A DNA stretch of 64,000 nt from Phoronis australis. Lineage: Eukaryota > Animalia > Phoronida. A program made the translations under genes and the position numbers. The notes under the pieces are model-generated. The model ran no database searches, was not told the DNA's origin, and was given only the letters and a program-made list of their open reading frames with translations. The DNA lies in assembly GCA_002633005.1 (NCBI GenBank), contig NMRA01000211.1:508790-572789 (forward strand), in the 5' to 3' direction. Positions 12,774 to 26,400 of the stretch are shown here, piece by piece; the first letter of the stretch is position 1; every line of letters begins with the position of its first letter.

Positions 12774-14903
12774 ATAGTGCTGCTAATGTTTTTGCAACGT
12801 TATTGCCTCGAGTTATTTTACGTTGTGTTCTTTTTTCTGTTCAAAACTGATTGTTATGGTTTCAGAAATAATGCCGTGGTAATAGCCAAGTGTTTTACTT
12901 TGCTAGTAGAACAAAGCCATTTAGTCATTTATTTCCCATAGTTAAGTCGGGGTTATTATTGTCAGACTTTCGAGAACTTGGCAGTCATTGGCTGGCGATG
13001 ACTTATGAAAATTCAAGCCTTAGGTAAAACTGTTGTTCTTTTGTCAGCAAACATTTCTACCAGTGTAAAAAGATTTAGTACATTATACGCTAGCATCTCT
13101 CTGATATTCAGTTCTTAATTAACCGAGGAAACAGTTTCGTTTATGTATTGCATTATATGACGATCATCTTTTTTTCTGTTGCTCCGTGATCAGAAATTTT
13201 ATGTTTATGACCACGGGCATGAACATTACAGCAAAGATAAAGCGAATTTGACCGCCTTTTTGTTCGCGAAGTAGGTCTGAGTCGCGTTAAGTTTAAAAAT
13301 TTAATCGACTTCTTGAATTCATATGCTATGGCATGTTCGTCTCCAAAAATTGTAATACTAGATTGTCATTTATTCACTGCAAACTTGTTTGATTAAAAAT
13401 TGAATGGCCACCTACTTTCTGACAGACAATCTTGTTTCGTGTACATTCAGAACGTAACTGTTCAAAGGTGTTGAGATCTGAACCCAGTAGCTTTTTTCCG
13501 AAATCGGACGGTCACACAATAAAATACGCCTTCGCGCTAGATGGTGACGGAGAAGTTGGTAGACAGTTACCTTGAGCTCTTGCAGAAGGGTCTAACGCAG
13601 TGAAAATTCTCAGCATGCTTCTTTTATGAGACCACTATACTGTCAAATTACCACCGTAGTTGTGGGATGGAATAATCAATTTAGGGACCATAGTTGAGTC
13701 CCTATTAACAGTTTCATGCAACATGACGCCGGTCTCCGGACTACAGTGTCACAAGACATGTGATGACACTCTTGGGGTGAACAAAGCAATAATAGAAGTT
13801 TTGAGATTTCTAAATGTTCTCATTTTTGTCAGCGTTCACGAGGTCATATTCATTAACATACTACTCTTGGAAAGCAATTGGTATACTATGCATATTCATT
13901 GTCAGTTTGGTTATACATTTCTGGTTACAACTTCAATAAATTGGGATTTTAATGCGTACAAAATAACTTATTGTGTGATGTTGCAACTTCCGGAAACGTC
14001 ATTTACAGCTTCACACCTTTACGGAACCGAATTTATTCATTTTTAAGTATTTACATTTTTCAATTTGTAGAATGAAATGTGCAACTTTAAGAATGGAAAC
14101 TTTTCAAGTTGACGAAATTCGTTAATTTTTTATTTCGAAAACGTCCAAACCAACTTACACCCCAGAATTATCGAAACGTAGTTTTATAGGCCTCCTGCTC
14201 CGACCCACTACCTAGTACAGAAATACCCTGAAGTTTGTTTAGGAGTATCTCAAAGACTGACCGTGTCAGAATGATTTCGGGAGGTCAATCAGTATCATTC
14301 CAACCCAATTCCAACGGTCTTATTTATTACACTAAACAACAGCTACTGCAAAAACAAGTTTCAGTCGAGAAAGAGAAACTCGCTCAAAAACAAAATCCCG
14401 GGTGGTCATGGTCAATCAGATTTACGCTAGTGTTTCAAAAGTATACTCGGGTCCTCATCAGAGAACTAGTACTAAAATGGCGGTTGCTGAATTGATACAC
14501 AAGTCCATAGTTTTGTCCGCTGTCTTAACATCCTTTAGTTTGACGAAGTAAGCAAATCAATTCATGTGCGTTTCCCATGCAACTGGATGGGGGAGTAAGG
14601 TTTGTAAGTGCAAAATTTTTCATTAAAATTTTAAGTTGTGCCATTCTCAACATATTCAGGATTGCCACAAACCCAGTTTCGTACCTTGACAACTACGTAT
14701 GTCTATGTTATCGGTAAATACGGTAATTTTCAAGATCGGGCACGTTTTCACGAAATCTCTCTAGGGAAAGTATTTCTGTCGCTAGTTAGTCTTCGATACA
14801 AAGAAAAACAAGTCCTTACTACTATTGCAAAGAGAAAATAAATTTATTACTGTGACCATTGTTACTTGAACACACAGCCCATTGGGCTTACTAGTCACTT
14901 TAA

Positions 14904-15413
14904 AGAGACCTGGAACGCGACAAAAAGACTAAATTGCAATACCAAAAGTGGTTATCTTGCCCCTGAAACAGAATTCAAGCTGCAGGGTAGGTATTTATAG
15001 GGTTTCTTCGTAAAGATTTTTAATTTCTGTTCATGTCAAAGCATTTTCTTTCAGTATCAAATTTCAAATAAACGATCTGTCAACTGCTCGCCACTTTGTG
15101 GATTTTTCTTCCACAAGGCAAAAGATGTCTCCTTATTTGGTATGGCAAGACAAAGCACATTTTTCTTCTATTATGGAAAATGTAACCTTTGACCTCAAGC
15201 TACTTCAGGCAACTGACTGTAAGAGCATGTGTGCATTTATCTGAGGTAACTAAAAAAGATTTTCCTTCCCGTATATTTCAAAAATCGTTAATTTTTGAGA
15301 CTTTTTTCTGGAAATTTACCCACAAGGGAAAGTGAATTACTCTTGCGAGATAGTATTTTCGTCAGGATTTGTTTAAAAGATATGTTTGTCGAGCTTTCGC
15401 GTTCCGTGCCTCT
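14904..15413. mobile_element. Kolobok-like MITE (TTAA target)
   Basis: TTAA|AGAGACCTGGAACGCGA...TCGCGTTCCGTGCCTCT|TTAA: imperfect 17-bp TIR, purine-purine termini, TTAA on both sides. Confidence 0.75.
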
Positions 15414-18369
15414 TTAAACAAGATACAGGAACAGAAATGCACAAACAATTTGATATGAAGCTCAAAACTATTCAAGAAATTAAATGAACAGAAAATTTGG
15501 TCGTTTATTAAAAGCTCCTTCTAAATATCTAACCAAATCATAACAGAATTTACTACATAAAATAGCAAGTTTGTCTTCAGAAATTAACAGAACAAAACCC
15601 GGGAGAAGAAATGTGATTTGATCAAACAACAAAATTCTTAAATCTTAATTAAAAGATCAGTGTCAAAGAAAGTGAATTTCATCATCAACAGCATGTAAAT
15701 TACAAAGCAAACACAATCTGTTACAGAGATCAGGGTTAAAAAACCTACCAGTCTCAATATGAAGTTGGAGAATTCTAAAACAAAACGGTGATAAAAGTGA
15801 TCCTGGTAAAACAGGAACGTAAGTAGTTTTCATTAAAAGTCCTTTTTAAAATCTTGTAGGTTCTTAATTTAAGTGATTGGTCAACAGAATTTTTCCTATC
15901 ACCAACCAGAGTCTCAATAAGATTCGTATGTAAAACAGTGATATAGCATTTAATTTTGGATTCAAATATATGTTAACTGACAAGAGTTGAAAATTGTTTT
16001 TATCTCGGAGGATCAATTTGAATTGTTTTGGTTAAAGTCTCATTCAAAAACTTTTCTGGTAAGTCTTCCACTAATAAAGCTCAATATTCTATTCCAAACA
16101 CGAACCATATTAATGTGACGATTATATCTCGGGAAAGTTCAACCCATGTCACCTCTCATAGCAGCAATAGGAGCTGAGCGATGGACAACAAAGTAAAACC
16201 TCATAGATATGTTTTGTACAAAGTTACAACAACAACGAAATTCTGAAATACCCTGACTCCAGAGCAATATTCCACAATGGGCGCATTAGAGATGACTAAA
16301 AGTTTTATAGCCAATAACTCTCAAACAAACTTTTTTATTATCACCGACGTCCCTGGCATTGAAGTTAAGGTCTAAGGATTAAAAATTAACTTCGTGGATA
16401 ATCCGAAAGTTTCTATGTCCGAACAATCTCACAGTATACATGTACTGGTGGCATCAAAATATTATCAAGCACTGATTTCGCCTCAAACTCATCATCTTAA
16501 CATCAATATTTTTGTTACGGAACGCATTGTAAAGATTGGCTTGTTCACTCTACCTAAAGTTCTCTGCCACGCCATTGGGCATGCGCTAACACATGCGCAG
16601 CGTTAAATTCATAAGATAGAATTTTCTGTTTCTATTCTATAAACGTATATAAAGATTTCTGTATGCAAATACTTCGCGAGCGTTTAATTACATGTACACA
16701 GTCCAGGCCATCTGACTGGAAACGTCATGATTATATTCACTTGATGCTGCGTTCACCCTGTAAAGTATACAATACAAAATACTTAGCGTTTCTAAGAGTG
16801 ACAGGCAATCATACGCACGAGTACTCGAAGACTCTACACAATTACCCAAAAGATCATTGTTAAAGCATCTGCACCACATGAAATCTACACATAGCAAAAA
16901 GTTTCTCACGAACATACATCCATCACGGGATCCTTGATTACTGAGTTGTACTTGTGAAAAGCAAATCAGAAGATTAGTCAGGAAACACCCGCATGAACAT
17001 GAATTTACGATTCAGTCGTAGGCACACTAAGTTGTTCCTAAATTGGTAAGTATGATTCTTCTCCTGGTACATCTGCGATATGTTTCGTCAGGAACTTGCG
17101 GTTCGTATTTATCGAGAAGAGCTCATTTTAAGGAAGTGATTCGCACCCAAAAGTAGCCCCCAGGGGTGTCTTTCAGAACAAAGTAATGGGGTTCTTTCTG
17201 CAACATTGTATTGCTGCCCGCAACGCTTTCATTTAACGGTAGGCTTTCAGAGTAATTCGAAAGAGTAAAATTTCACTTTTTCATGAATATTCCTAATATA
17301 AGAGAAGTCTGTCGACGTTTTTGTTTGCACGCGACAAACCTTGATGGTATTTTAAAAGATCACAAATTCAGAAAAAAATGTTGCCTTCTTGCCATCCCCG
17401 TACTTCAGTTGACACTTAAAAGTAATCCGAAAAGAGTGCTTCTTGACTGTTTAATGGACACTCAAGGAGAAATGCAAGTGCATTCACGTGCTTTGCGCAT
17501 GATGATATCTTGCGTTTTCCCCGAGCTTCTGTTTACACATCGCAGCCAATTTTTCCCCCGAATAAACCCCATGGGGTCTCTGTTCTTAGAAGTGGACCTT
17601 TCAAAAATCCCCGGAATGATTCACTATTCTTACAGGCGATTCAGCTGGCCGTGCAGTTGATTTTTAGACTCGTCCTGATGACAGTGATATACTTTTGACT
17701 TGCAATTGTCAAATTATGCGGTACCAGCCTCTGCCCCCACGAGAGCGTTTTCAATTTGAAAACTGCAAAATTTTCTTTTCGTTTTCAACAAGTTTTCGGT
17801 CCGCGTACGATATCGTCTTCGTGTCGTTTTTTTATCACAAATACGTTAATACGACCGAAAACTCAAGTTATTTTTGTAGTTGTTTTGATTGTCATTTACG
17901 GTTGCTGCGTGTGCACAGAAGGCGTATCCCTAAAAAATTGATTTTACATATGTAAGGCAGTCGTGTGGATGCGACTTCAATCTGTAGGCACCGAAGTAAG
18001 AAGGTTACATGAATTACCATGTAAGGGTCACCAAAAGGAATGTGATTTCAATTTACAAACTCGTACACAATTAATATTATTATAAACAGAACAGAAGTGA
18101 AAAAGCAATTTTTGCTGTAAACCTCGAAAAACATCTATTATAATTTTCACTGTGGAAATAGTCAGAACTAATTTAAAAAGTCGCCCTTCTTATTATGCTG
18201 CTGATAACATAGGTCTATATTCACCGAGACACATTCATAATTGCTTTGGTAAATGATAGCTAGGTATATGTACAAAGAATAGTAACATGTTACTCTAATA
18301 TCTAACTGCATTTATTTAAAAGCATGTTTCTTCGCGCTTCGACGTAATTGGTATCATTGGCTAAAAGGG

Positions 18370-18590
18370 TGAAAGTAAATTACGTGCGTAAGTTAATTAT
18401 TGTTAGAGACGTAAACTAATTGTTTTTATCGTTGGCCAAATGGGTGAGCGTTACGTAAATTACGTGCGTAAGTTAAATTATTTCTAGAGTCGTAAAATAA
18501 TTACTTGCGGCGTAAAGTAAAGTAATTATTCGCGGGGTTAAATAATTACTTTATGCCTCTAACAAGAATTAAATTACGTGCTATATATTC
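18370..18590. repeat. Short internally repeated block (GTAAATTACGTGCGTAAGTTAA-type units), probably a MITE remnant
   Basis: GTAAATTACGTGCGTAAGTTAA at ~18375 and ~18455, plus related direct and inverted degenerate units up to ~18580. Confidence 0.5.
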
Positions 18591-19247
18591 GTAAATCCTG
18601 GCAGCACAATAACAAATGTAATAGTTGAAGCCGTAACAAACCATCCTCCTGTACAAACTACACTTTGTTTTATACCATTTACCAATGTATAACTTAAATA
18701 GTTTGTTCCTTACTCAGATTAGAATTGAATTCTGGAGTTTGTTTCGTGAAAAGTGACTTAGGACTCAAGTCTGAAATTTCACACGCTTCCAGTAAATAGT
18801 TCAGAAAAATAGTTAAATGTCACATGAACGAACTAGTTGAGATTAGACAAATTACTGTTAGTTACTGAGGAAATTCCTATAAATTAATTCTAGAGTATGG
18901 TACGCTCATAATCATTTGACATAAAACTTTTGATTTTGCAATTTTAATTTTTGGAGCGTACAGTAAGACTAAATTTCTGTCTTAAGCTTTAAGTGATCTT
19001 ATGTCAATTCCACGAAATAAAACAACGTGGTTGGCAAGAAATCACAGTTCGTTTTTCTTCTAGCCCTGCTGTATAATTTGGCTGGACTTTAAGTTGGGTG
19101 ATCACTGTATACACGGAGCTCAAGAAATAACGAGCTATCACTTCCCAAACCCAGATGTCAATTCTAATCTGACCCAGGAACAAGTTGACGACAATTCTAT
19201 AACGGTAAGTGGCCCAAGCCGAAAGTTAGTTACAATGGTTACTTTAC

Positions 19248-19472
19248 CATTTATTGTAACTTCGCATAGCGTGAGTGTCTCCAATTCTCCTGGAATTTGA
19301 ATAACCAAGTATCGTCCGTGGACTGGAGACGGGTCACAGGGAATGGTCAATGTCGCTCCTTGGGGAAAATTCCCTCTGTAGACTTTACAAAGCTCGTAAT
19401 CCCCTGAGTTTCTTGTGTTTGGAGTACCAGTCGCGTTGCTTGTCTTGATCTCAAAATCATGCAATCGGTTTC
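19248..19472 (-). CDS. Fucolectin / F-type lectin domain exon (C-terminal half), phase 1-1
   Basis: ttgattcag|GA AAC CGA...AAT G|gtaaag; 225 nt open, encoding NRLHDFEIK...LCKVYRGNFPQGATLTIPCDPSPVHGRYLVIQIPGELETLTLCEVTING. Matches the FTP-domain 'RL-x-x-F-x-I...C...C...GRY-x-x-I...LTLCEV' signature. Flanking exons not identified. Confidence 0.75.
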
Positions 19473-22400
19473 CTGAATCAAAGGCATTAACATATGGCAG
19501 CATTCTTTGTCAATTTAGGAGTGACGTGCATGCCCACTGACAAGAATGTAGAACGGAATGTAGGGGTATGTGTCAATCCATAGAGAGGGTGAAGCTATAT
19601 CGTGCCCCTGTTGCAAACAGGGGATCATCTACTTGCGATTCGGCGATACGGGAAGCCGGTCGTGGATACTACATCTTTCAAGACAGTAGGCGTAACTTAA
19701 AATGCTTAAAATCACCAATTTCATATCAAAACAGTAAAAAAAAAACAAAAAAAAAAAACAACCTCACTTGTCGATCTACTGTCATTCTAGAACACCCGCA
19801 AGCAATTTTAGCTGATCTCGCTTTATGAGCACCTACTCCATTCGGTTTCATGAAAAGTATTCAGATACTGTTGCTCGTTTTCCCGTGGTTTATGGTATAA
19901 CAATGAATGGTTGTAGTGGTTGTGACAAATTATAGTATTTGGCCACGCTGTGTCTCTTTCACTTTCCGCGGGACATCGCATGTTTGTACAAGAATCTCGC
20001 GCGTTGGTTGATATGACATACTGGCGCGTTGTATGTTCATAGTACGTCATACGCATGACCGTGAATCTAAAAAACTTTCAACTGAAGAGGCTTTTCTCCT
20101 TCTTTCTCGTTTTTGAGATATTGAATTCACGATTGTGATATGCAGTGCCAGGTCTAGTGATGATGGCAATGTAGTCAAGGTAAATTGGTGATTTAAAGCA
20201 CTTTAAAGCCATCTAGACGCATTACATCGAAAGTTTACAATTTCCTTAAAAATTTATATGCACATGATGAAGAAACATCTGACACGATACCAAAATCATT
20301 TGCTTAGGACAAATAACAACAGAAATGTATTTCAACACTAGATCCAATTGGAAACGTGTCACCCTCTTCAATGTCACCTATTCTTCACAAAACTGCGCCG
20401 TGTTTCAAGCGAATTACATGAGAGTCATGTTATTAATAGCCTTTCATGGGCTCTTGATGGTGAATGCATTATACCACAAGCAACAGCAACTTCAAGATAA
20501 ACATCCATGACCACTCACTTGCTGAACTTCCAAAGCATTGCACCAACAAAATTTTAGATACTTCCTAACTATCCAATGATTTAAGCAACTTCTTCTGTAA
20601 CTATGTCCACCGTGAATAAACATGTACAAGTTGCACTACTATCCAGAAACACTCCAATCTTTTGCACACATACAAGCATGCACACGCACCCTACACGAGT
20701 ACTTGCACACGTACATTCATGTAGAAATGTAGTTATCACTTACACAAGAAGGTTATCTAAAAGCTTATTTAGTGGCCTTCATTCTATGCGTCAGTCGTCC
20801 AACCGTATGTCAAATCAATGAATAGTAAAATAAAATGAAGCGGCTTTTGCCGGTGCTAGAGAGAAGTAGCGTAGCCAGCTTAGAACTGAATAGACGTAAA
20901 ATCGTGTCGAAAACTTCGGTTATAGTTTCCTAAATTTTGGAAAGTGTAAACGAAGCCTAAGGAAAGTTCACGTTGTTAGGGTCATGCTTTGAAAATACAT
21001 TTTGAAAGGGTGAGGTTTTAGGTTCTTCTTCTCCCCAAATACAACAAACGATCGTGGTATCGATCCTTATTTGTTGGCGCATTATTAGTATAAAATTGAG
21101 GTGCACGTAACTGTGGAAAATAACGATAAAACGAAGTGCTGGTTAGTGCCAAGATAAAACAGGTCTTAATTTTGTGTAAGATTTATGTTCAAGATGTGAC
21201 TTGTGAATATTTCTATTGTTTCTGATGAGATGACGAATTGTGGGAGTCTATTCCGGTAAGTTGGAGACAGATGTGGTACGTAACACGATAGTTAGGTGTT
21301 GTACGGTTATATTACTATTTTAGTTTAATAAAATAAGAAATAAGACGAATATTCTTAGGAGCTTTGCAGATAAAGGTGCTGAGTTAGCGCATGCGTAACG
21401 CCATTTCCTCCAGGTTCCCTCGTACACTGCGTTAGAGGATGTTTCAAAGCCCCTCGTTGAAACACTAGTAGGTTCTGGTGACCGCCTTTCTGACTCATAA
21501 TTTGCAGAAACATCAATTTCTTTGAGGGGTATTTCAGGTTGCTAAAATCTATTATTGCACTTTGCTGTTTGGAAATTGGATGACAGAGTTTACTCGTAGC
21601 AAGTTCAGGCTGCATCTAAACTGATTGAATCATCACCAATTTCTTACAAGATTAGCTTGAAATATTGTTAAAAATCGTCCATGTGTCAGTCCAGATACGT
21701 AAACATGTAAATCCGACACTGGTGAACTCTTATGAATGGTTGACAGCGTCGGATCTATAGAGTGCCAAAGTGGGCAATTGTTCCGGCCCACTCGATCTGA
21801 AAGAAGATCCCGTTTGAAAGGGGGTCTCATAATATGAAAATTTATATCATTAAAAATCTGAAACAAACATACAATTTATTCTGTAAAGAGATGACGCTCC
21901 TTAACATACGATTTCGCAAAAACAGAAAAAAGCTAATAAATTCCATCATTGGACATTCTTCGCGAAAGTTGGCTATGGGTGCCATGAGGCTCTTCAATAT
22001 AAAACGATACATAGTTTCAAAACAAGAAATGAGCATCCATTGGTACTATCATCAAGGTTCCTCTCCTCCAGGTTCCCAAATTATATCAAGTGATATTTGA
22101 TTTCCATATATAACGACAAATGATTCTGTTATCATTTGCCCGAATGCAAGCTTCTTGGTTTAAAAACGTGAATCAATTTGCTATTGAAAATCTATGCTAA
22201 CAAGCTTTCCAGTACTTACTGAAGATTGTAGGATTGAGACGATATCAACTTCAAAAATTGTCCCCTCCTCCCCGACGAAATGTCCTGGTCATTGCCCCAA
22301 ACCCAAAGGCTAAGTCCAGAATACGCAATTGGCAAATGTTCTCTTATATGTTTTTCTCTTCTGCATGTTTCGTGTGTGTTTATTTATTAACTGCATGCCA

Positions 22401-23099
22401 CTAAGCCCCGCCTATGCTATGTGAGAGCCTAGGAAAATATCTCAGAGATGGCTAATAGAATTCGTGTGAGACTTTGGGCAGGTGCTAGAAATATATCCCA
22501 TCAGCATCTAAGCACAATAAATGTGCCTTTCTAAATTGAAAAAAAAAAACGCGCTGCTCTGTGAAATACATCCGTCGAGCGCGAAATCGACACACTACCG
22601 AAAAAACCTCATGTAACGTTGAATATTTTCACAACGCACGCTACATCGTTTGGTCACAATACAATTGTGCAGGTGCCGCAAAAACTTATGAAACGACCTG
22701 TTTTTTCTTTTTAGTTGAACGAGAAAATATGGTTACGTTGCGTGGGAAATAACAAATCAATAGTATGATAATGATAATGATAATATGTCAATTTCGCCGT
22801 ATGCCAAAAAACAGGACATTTTATTGATGATGTGGCTGGATGGCGGTAAAAAAAACGAACAGTCCACTACGAGGGGGAAATTGGCAAGTATATTGTACGC
22901 TGTCAGCAACACAAAATATCGGATGTTATGTAATTTTTTTTTTTAAATTTTATTTCACGGGTATAGGTAAATACTGCGGATAACAATACTGCTTAGAAAT
23001 CGAATTAACAAAAAGCGGCATCTTAGCAACAGGCAAAATTGAACAAATGAATTATTATAGAAACAATTGAAAACAGTAATACTGTGGCCGTCTTGGTCC

Positions 23100-23384
23100 A
23101 ACCAACACCGGAACAAACAAATGCAAACAAATTCCACGCATGCGCGGCGCAACCTATGCTCATTGTAAACACGTGGTCTACATTTCTGCTTTGTCAATAC
23201 GAACCTCCCTGTGTGGCATGAGGTAAATTACATTTGAGGCACACAGGTCAGCTCGTAGTTTTCCGTTTGCGTTGGCTCCAAGGCTCCAGCTGAAAACTTT
23301 CTTTATTACGATCATAAGAGTTCCATACACTCTCAGTCAACCGTTGGAGGCGTTGGTTTGCTGTATTCGACTCCCGTTGGCATC
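23100..23384 (+). promoter_or_regulatory. Putative SMS promoter / 5' UTR
   Basis: CpG-containing region upstream of the ATG with an NRF1-like ACGCATGCGC (~23137) and an Inr-like TCAGTC (~23333). Confidence 0.35.
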
Positions 23385-23445
23385 ATGGTTGAGGTCGCTG
23401 TGTTGATGTCATTCCACTTACCACAGGAGATAGACCCTGATACTG
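23385..23445 (+). CDS. SMS: SMS exon 1 (MVEVAVLMSFHLPQEIDPDT)
   Basis: catcATGG start, phase-1 donor g|gtaagt; resembles SMS N-terminal beta strand. Confidence 0.7.
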
Positions 23446-26400
23446 GTAAGTGTGGTAAACAGAATGCAAGTTTCATTCACGGGCGGATCCAGTATTTTGA
23501 GTTGGGGGGGGNCCAAACTGCCCAATGGAATCTTGGAGACTTTTAGGGGGGGGGGGCATGGCCCCCTTGGCCCCCCTCTAAATCCGCCACTGCCATTGGT
23601 CTGAATTTCAGGTGAATGATATCAAGAATTCATGCTTGGACAGAAATCAAGAATACCAAATCTTCCACTCAAACGTGTGCAGGTTTAGTAATTAGTTCAA
23701 TGAAAATTGTGTTACGATTATCGCCGCGAACGATATCACTATCTTGATCAGTCGGCCTACATGACCATTTTACAGGATTGAATTTATGTTGCCAGCAATA
23801 GGGCGATCAACGTGCATGTGTCGAGATGACCTGTTGTAGTGTTGAAGGTTATCCGTGAGTCACCGTATAAATAATAACGTAGTCCTTTCGCTAAGTGGCA
23901 TCAGTGCTAAGGAAATTTTACCTTAGTTAAAACTGCAGTGTTCGCACCACAGCGTTTATAAGTTTAAACCTGATTAAAACGTTTAAATTCATGGTGCGTA
24001 TACACTGTATGTACTCAGTCAATGAATATAGTACTCAAGCAAGGATATGACCATGCCGAATGTAGCGAAAAGCTAACCATTTTGTAAAACACCTAGCTAA
24101 GTTTCGTTTGTAGGGATTGTCAATATTAGACAATGGGGTTTTCAGAAACTAGGACCCATCAGGCCCCTACTAATAGGAAACGATTACGAGCTTGGGACAA
24201 CTATCACGGGCAGGTAATACCCTGAACTGCACTGATAGCAGTGACCTTAATACAGTATTAACAATAGTAAAACCGTATGTCAATATGGCTTAACAATATT
24301 ATTCCTGAGGGCCGTAACTAACAACCACGCTATACATGTATGTGTCAAATAAGGGTATTATTCCTGGGGGCGATTATGCACTAACCGCGACATCTGCCTG
24401 GATCAAAGTCATGGTGGACAACCCGGGAACCTTATGACTACAATGTGCAGCCGCAAAAGATATTTTGTATCGCTCTTTTAGAGAGTTGTCCCCAGCACAT
24501 GATTTTTCTTTTGAGCAAAACGATTTTTTTGTCTGCCTCTGTGCCTTAGTCAGTCAAATATTACGCCACATAATCAAGGTCTAATTAACACTTAATAATT
24601 TCTTAATCCAAATACATTACCAATCCCTTCCTCCCGTTTACCTAAGCAACTGAAGGTTTTCAAGTCTTTAGATGCTGTTGACATTCAAATTACGTCTAAC
24701 ATTAGAATTGCAGACAATAGCTAAACTTAAATTTCCTTCCCGTACACTGGCCGCCAAAATATAAAATAATGAAATAACCCAACTCTAAATCTGTGACACT
24801 CACGGACATTTCTTTCAATATTGCTAATTTAGGAAATCAATCGTACTACGCATGCCCACAAACCTGAGGTAGGTCAGATGTCTTGAGGCTAAATTTGAAC
24901 CCGCCACCCGCGATAACGATTACGACTATTGTTTAGTAATATGATTCCATGACTCAATTAATGCGACCTTGAAAGCCTGCTTTTGTGGTTTAGCTCAAGT
25001 CTCCAGTATTTCAGGCGACATAAGTTGGCCGCGCATCTCGATTTGTAAAGTTGTAAAGCACTGCCTGGCAGTCAACACACAGCGCCGTTGCACATCCTTC
25101 AAATCCGTAATCGGAAGTTACCAATGTGCAACGAACCCGCTTTAAAATACCACATCATCAAAATAAAGAGACACCAGTGACAAGAAAAAGTTGTTATTCT
25201 GTTGCAATTGAATTTTCGTATTACGACAGATATAGTTAGAAAACGGGCAGTTTAACCAGGTGCGGTTGATGAAAATTTCTACTCGTTTGAGTTTAAAGAT
25301 ATTTATTGACGTTTTGTTAATATGTGCACACTGTTTAGTCATACGAGTTATCGACGACCCAAGTGCAATATATTCATGTGTGTTGTGTAAGCTTTGTATC
25401 GCAGAACGGACACCATTATACTACTAAGACTGGAAATCAACCGGACGGACTGACTTCTCAGTCGATGTGGCCTTGCACAAATGCGCTATACCTGGTTTAG
25501 CGCATTGCACACGAGTAAACTGTTTTATCTTCAGACATTTTAGAGGCCCTGAAAACCTTCAGCAATGTGTGTTTTGAAGAAAAACTAGTAAAGAATCAAG
25601 CTATCGACGCAGGAAAGGACAAGATAATTGTTTTCACTGCTGAAAGTGGAAGGTGAGATAAGCCATTCCACATTCACTATTTATTATCAAAAATCTCTTC
25701 CCTACATTTTCCTTATTACTGCCACAAAGCTGTTTTCTTTAGCCAACCAATTCAGTAAAAACTTATATTTCACAAATAAAGTTCTTTCTTGTCAGTATAA
25801 CGTATTATTGCAAAAAAGGAATATTTTACTTCAAGTTGTCTTTTTTAATTTCTGGTCTTGGTCCACAAATGCCCATCAGACTTCAATTTTTATAATGAAA
25901 GACGTTTTTGTAATCAAATATAGCAACTACATGCAAGAGTGAAATTTGAAAAATGTTCCTCTTTTAGTGATACTTTTTTCTTTGCAAAGTTCGTTCTGCA
26001 CTGTAAATGGGAAAAGTAATCTTTGTTACTTGTTTTATTAAACAATGCTTTCAAGACTATTACAAACGAAAGCCCGAAAGTGCAGTTTTTAAGATGATGT
26101 GTGAGACTTCTGTCACTTTTGTCAATCTAACAGTTCCAAGAAGCTTGTCTCAGAGAGCTATCCTCAGATATGTACCGGTTACCGTTCTGACCATCGCAAG
26201 GTGTACTAAATAATAATTAAATATGCGCTGGCACTATATTCGTAATGTGGTATGTGTCATGATTCAGGAAGGAAACATAAGTAACATTAACATGTGAGCA
26301 ATTGGCAGTCACCTATTCTTCCTTTTGTAGCTCCTTGACATATCACGTGTATGCTTCCGGCTTGGTGACTTTAGACATCCATCAATTCAAGAATGATTTC

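Noticed and set aside
23218-23226. Polyamine-responsive uORF (ATG AGG TAA) upstream of SMS
   Set aside because: Lies upstream of the likely transcription start (~23333); no evidence that it is in the mRNA.
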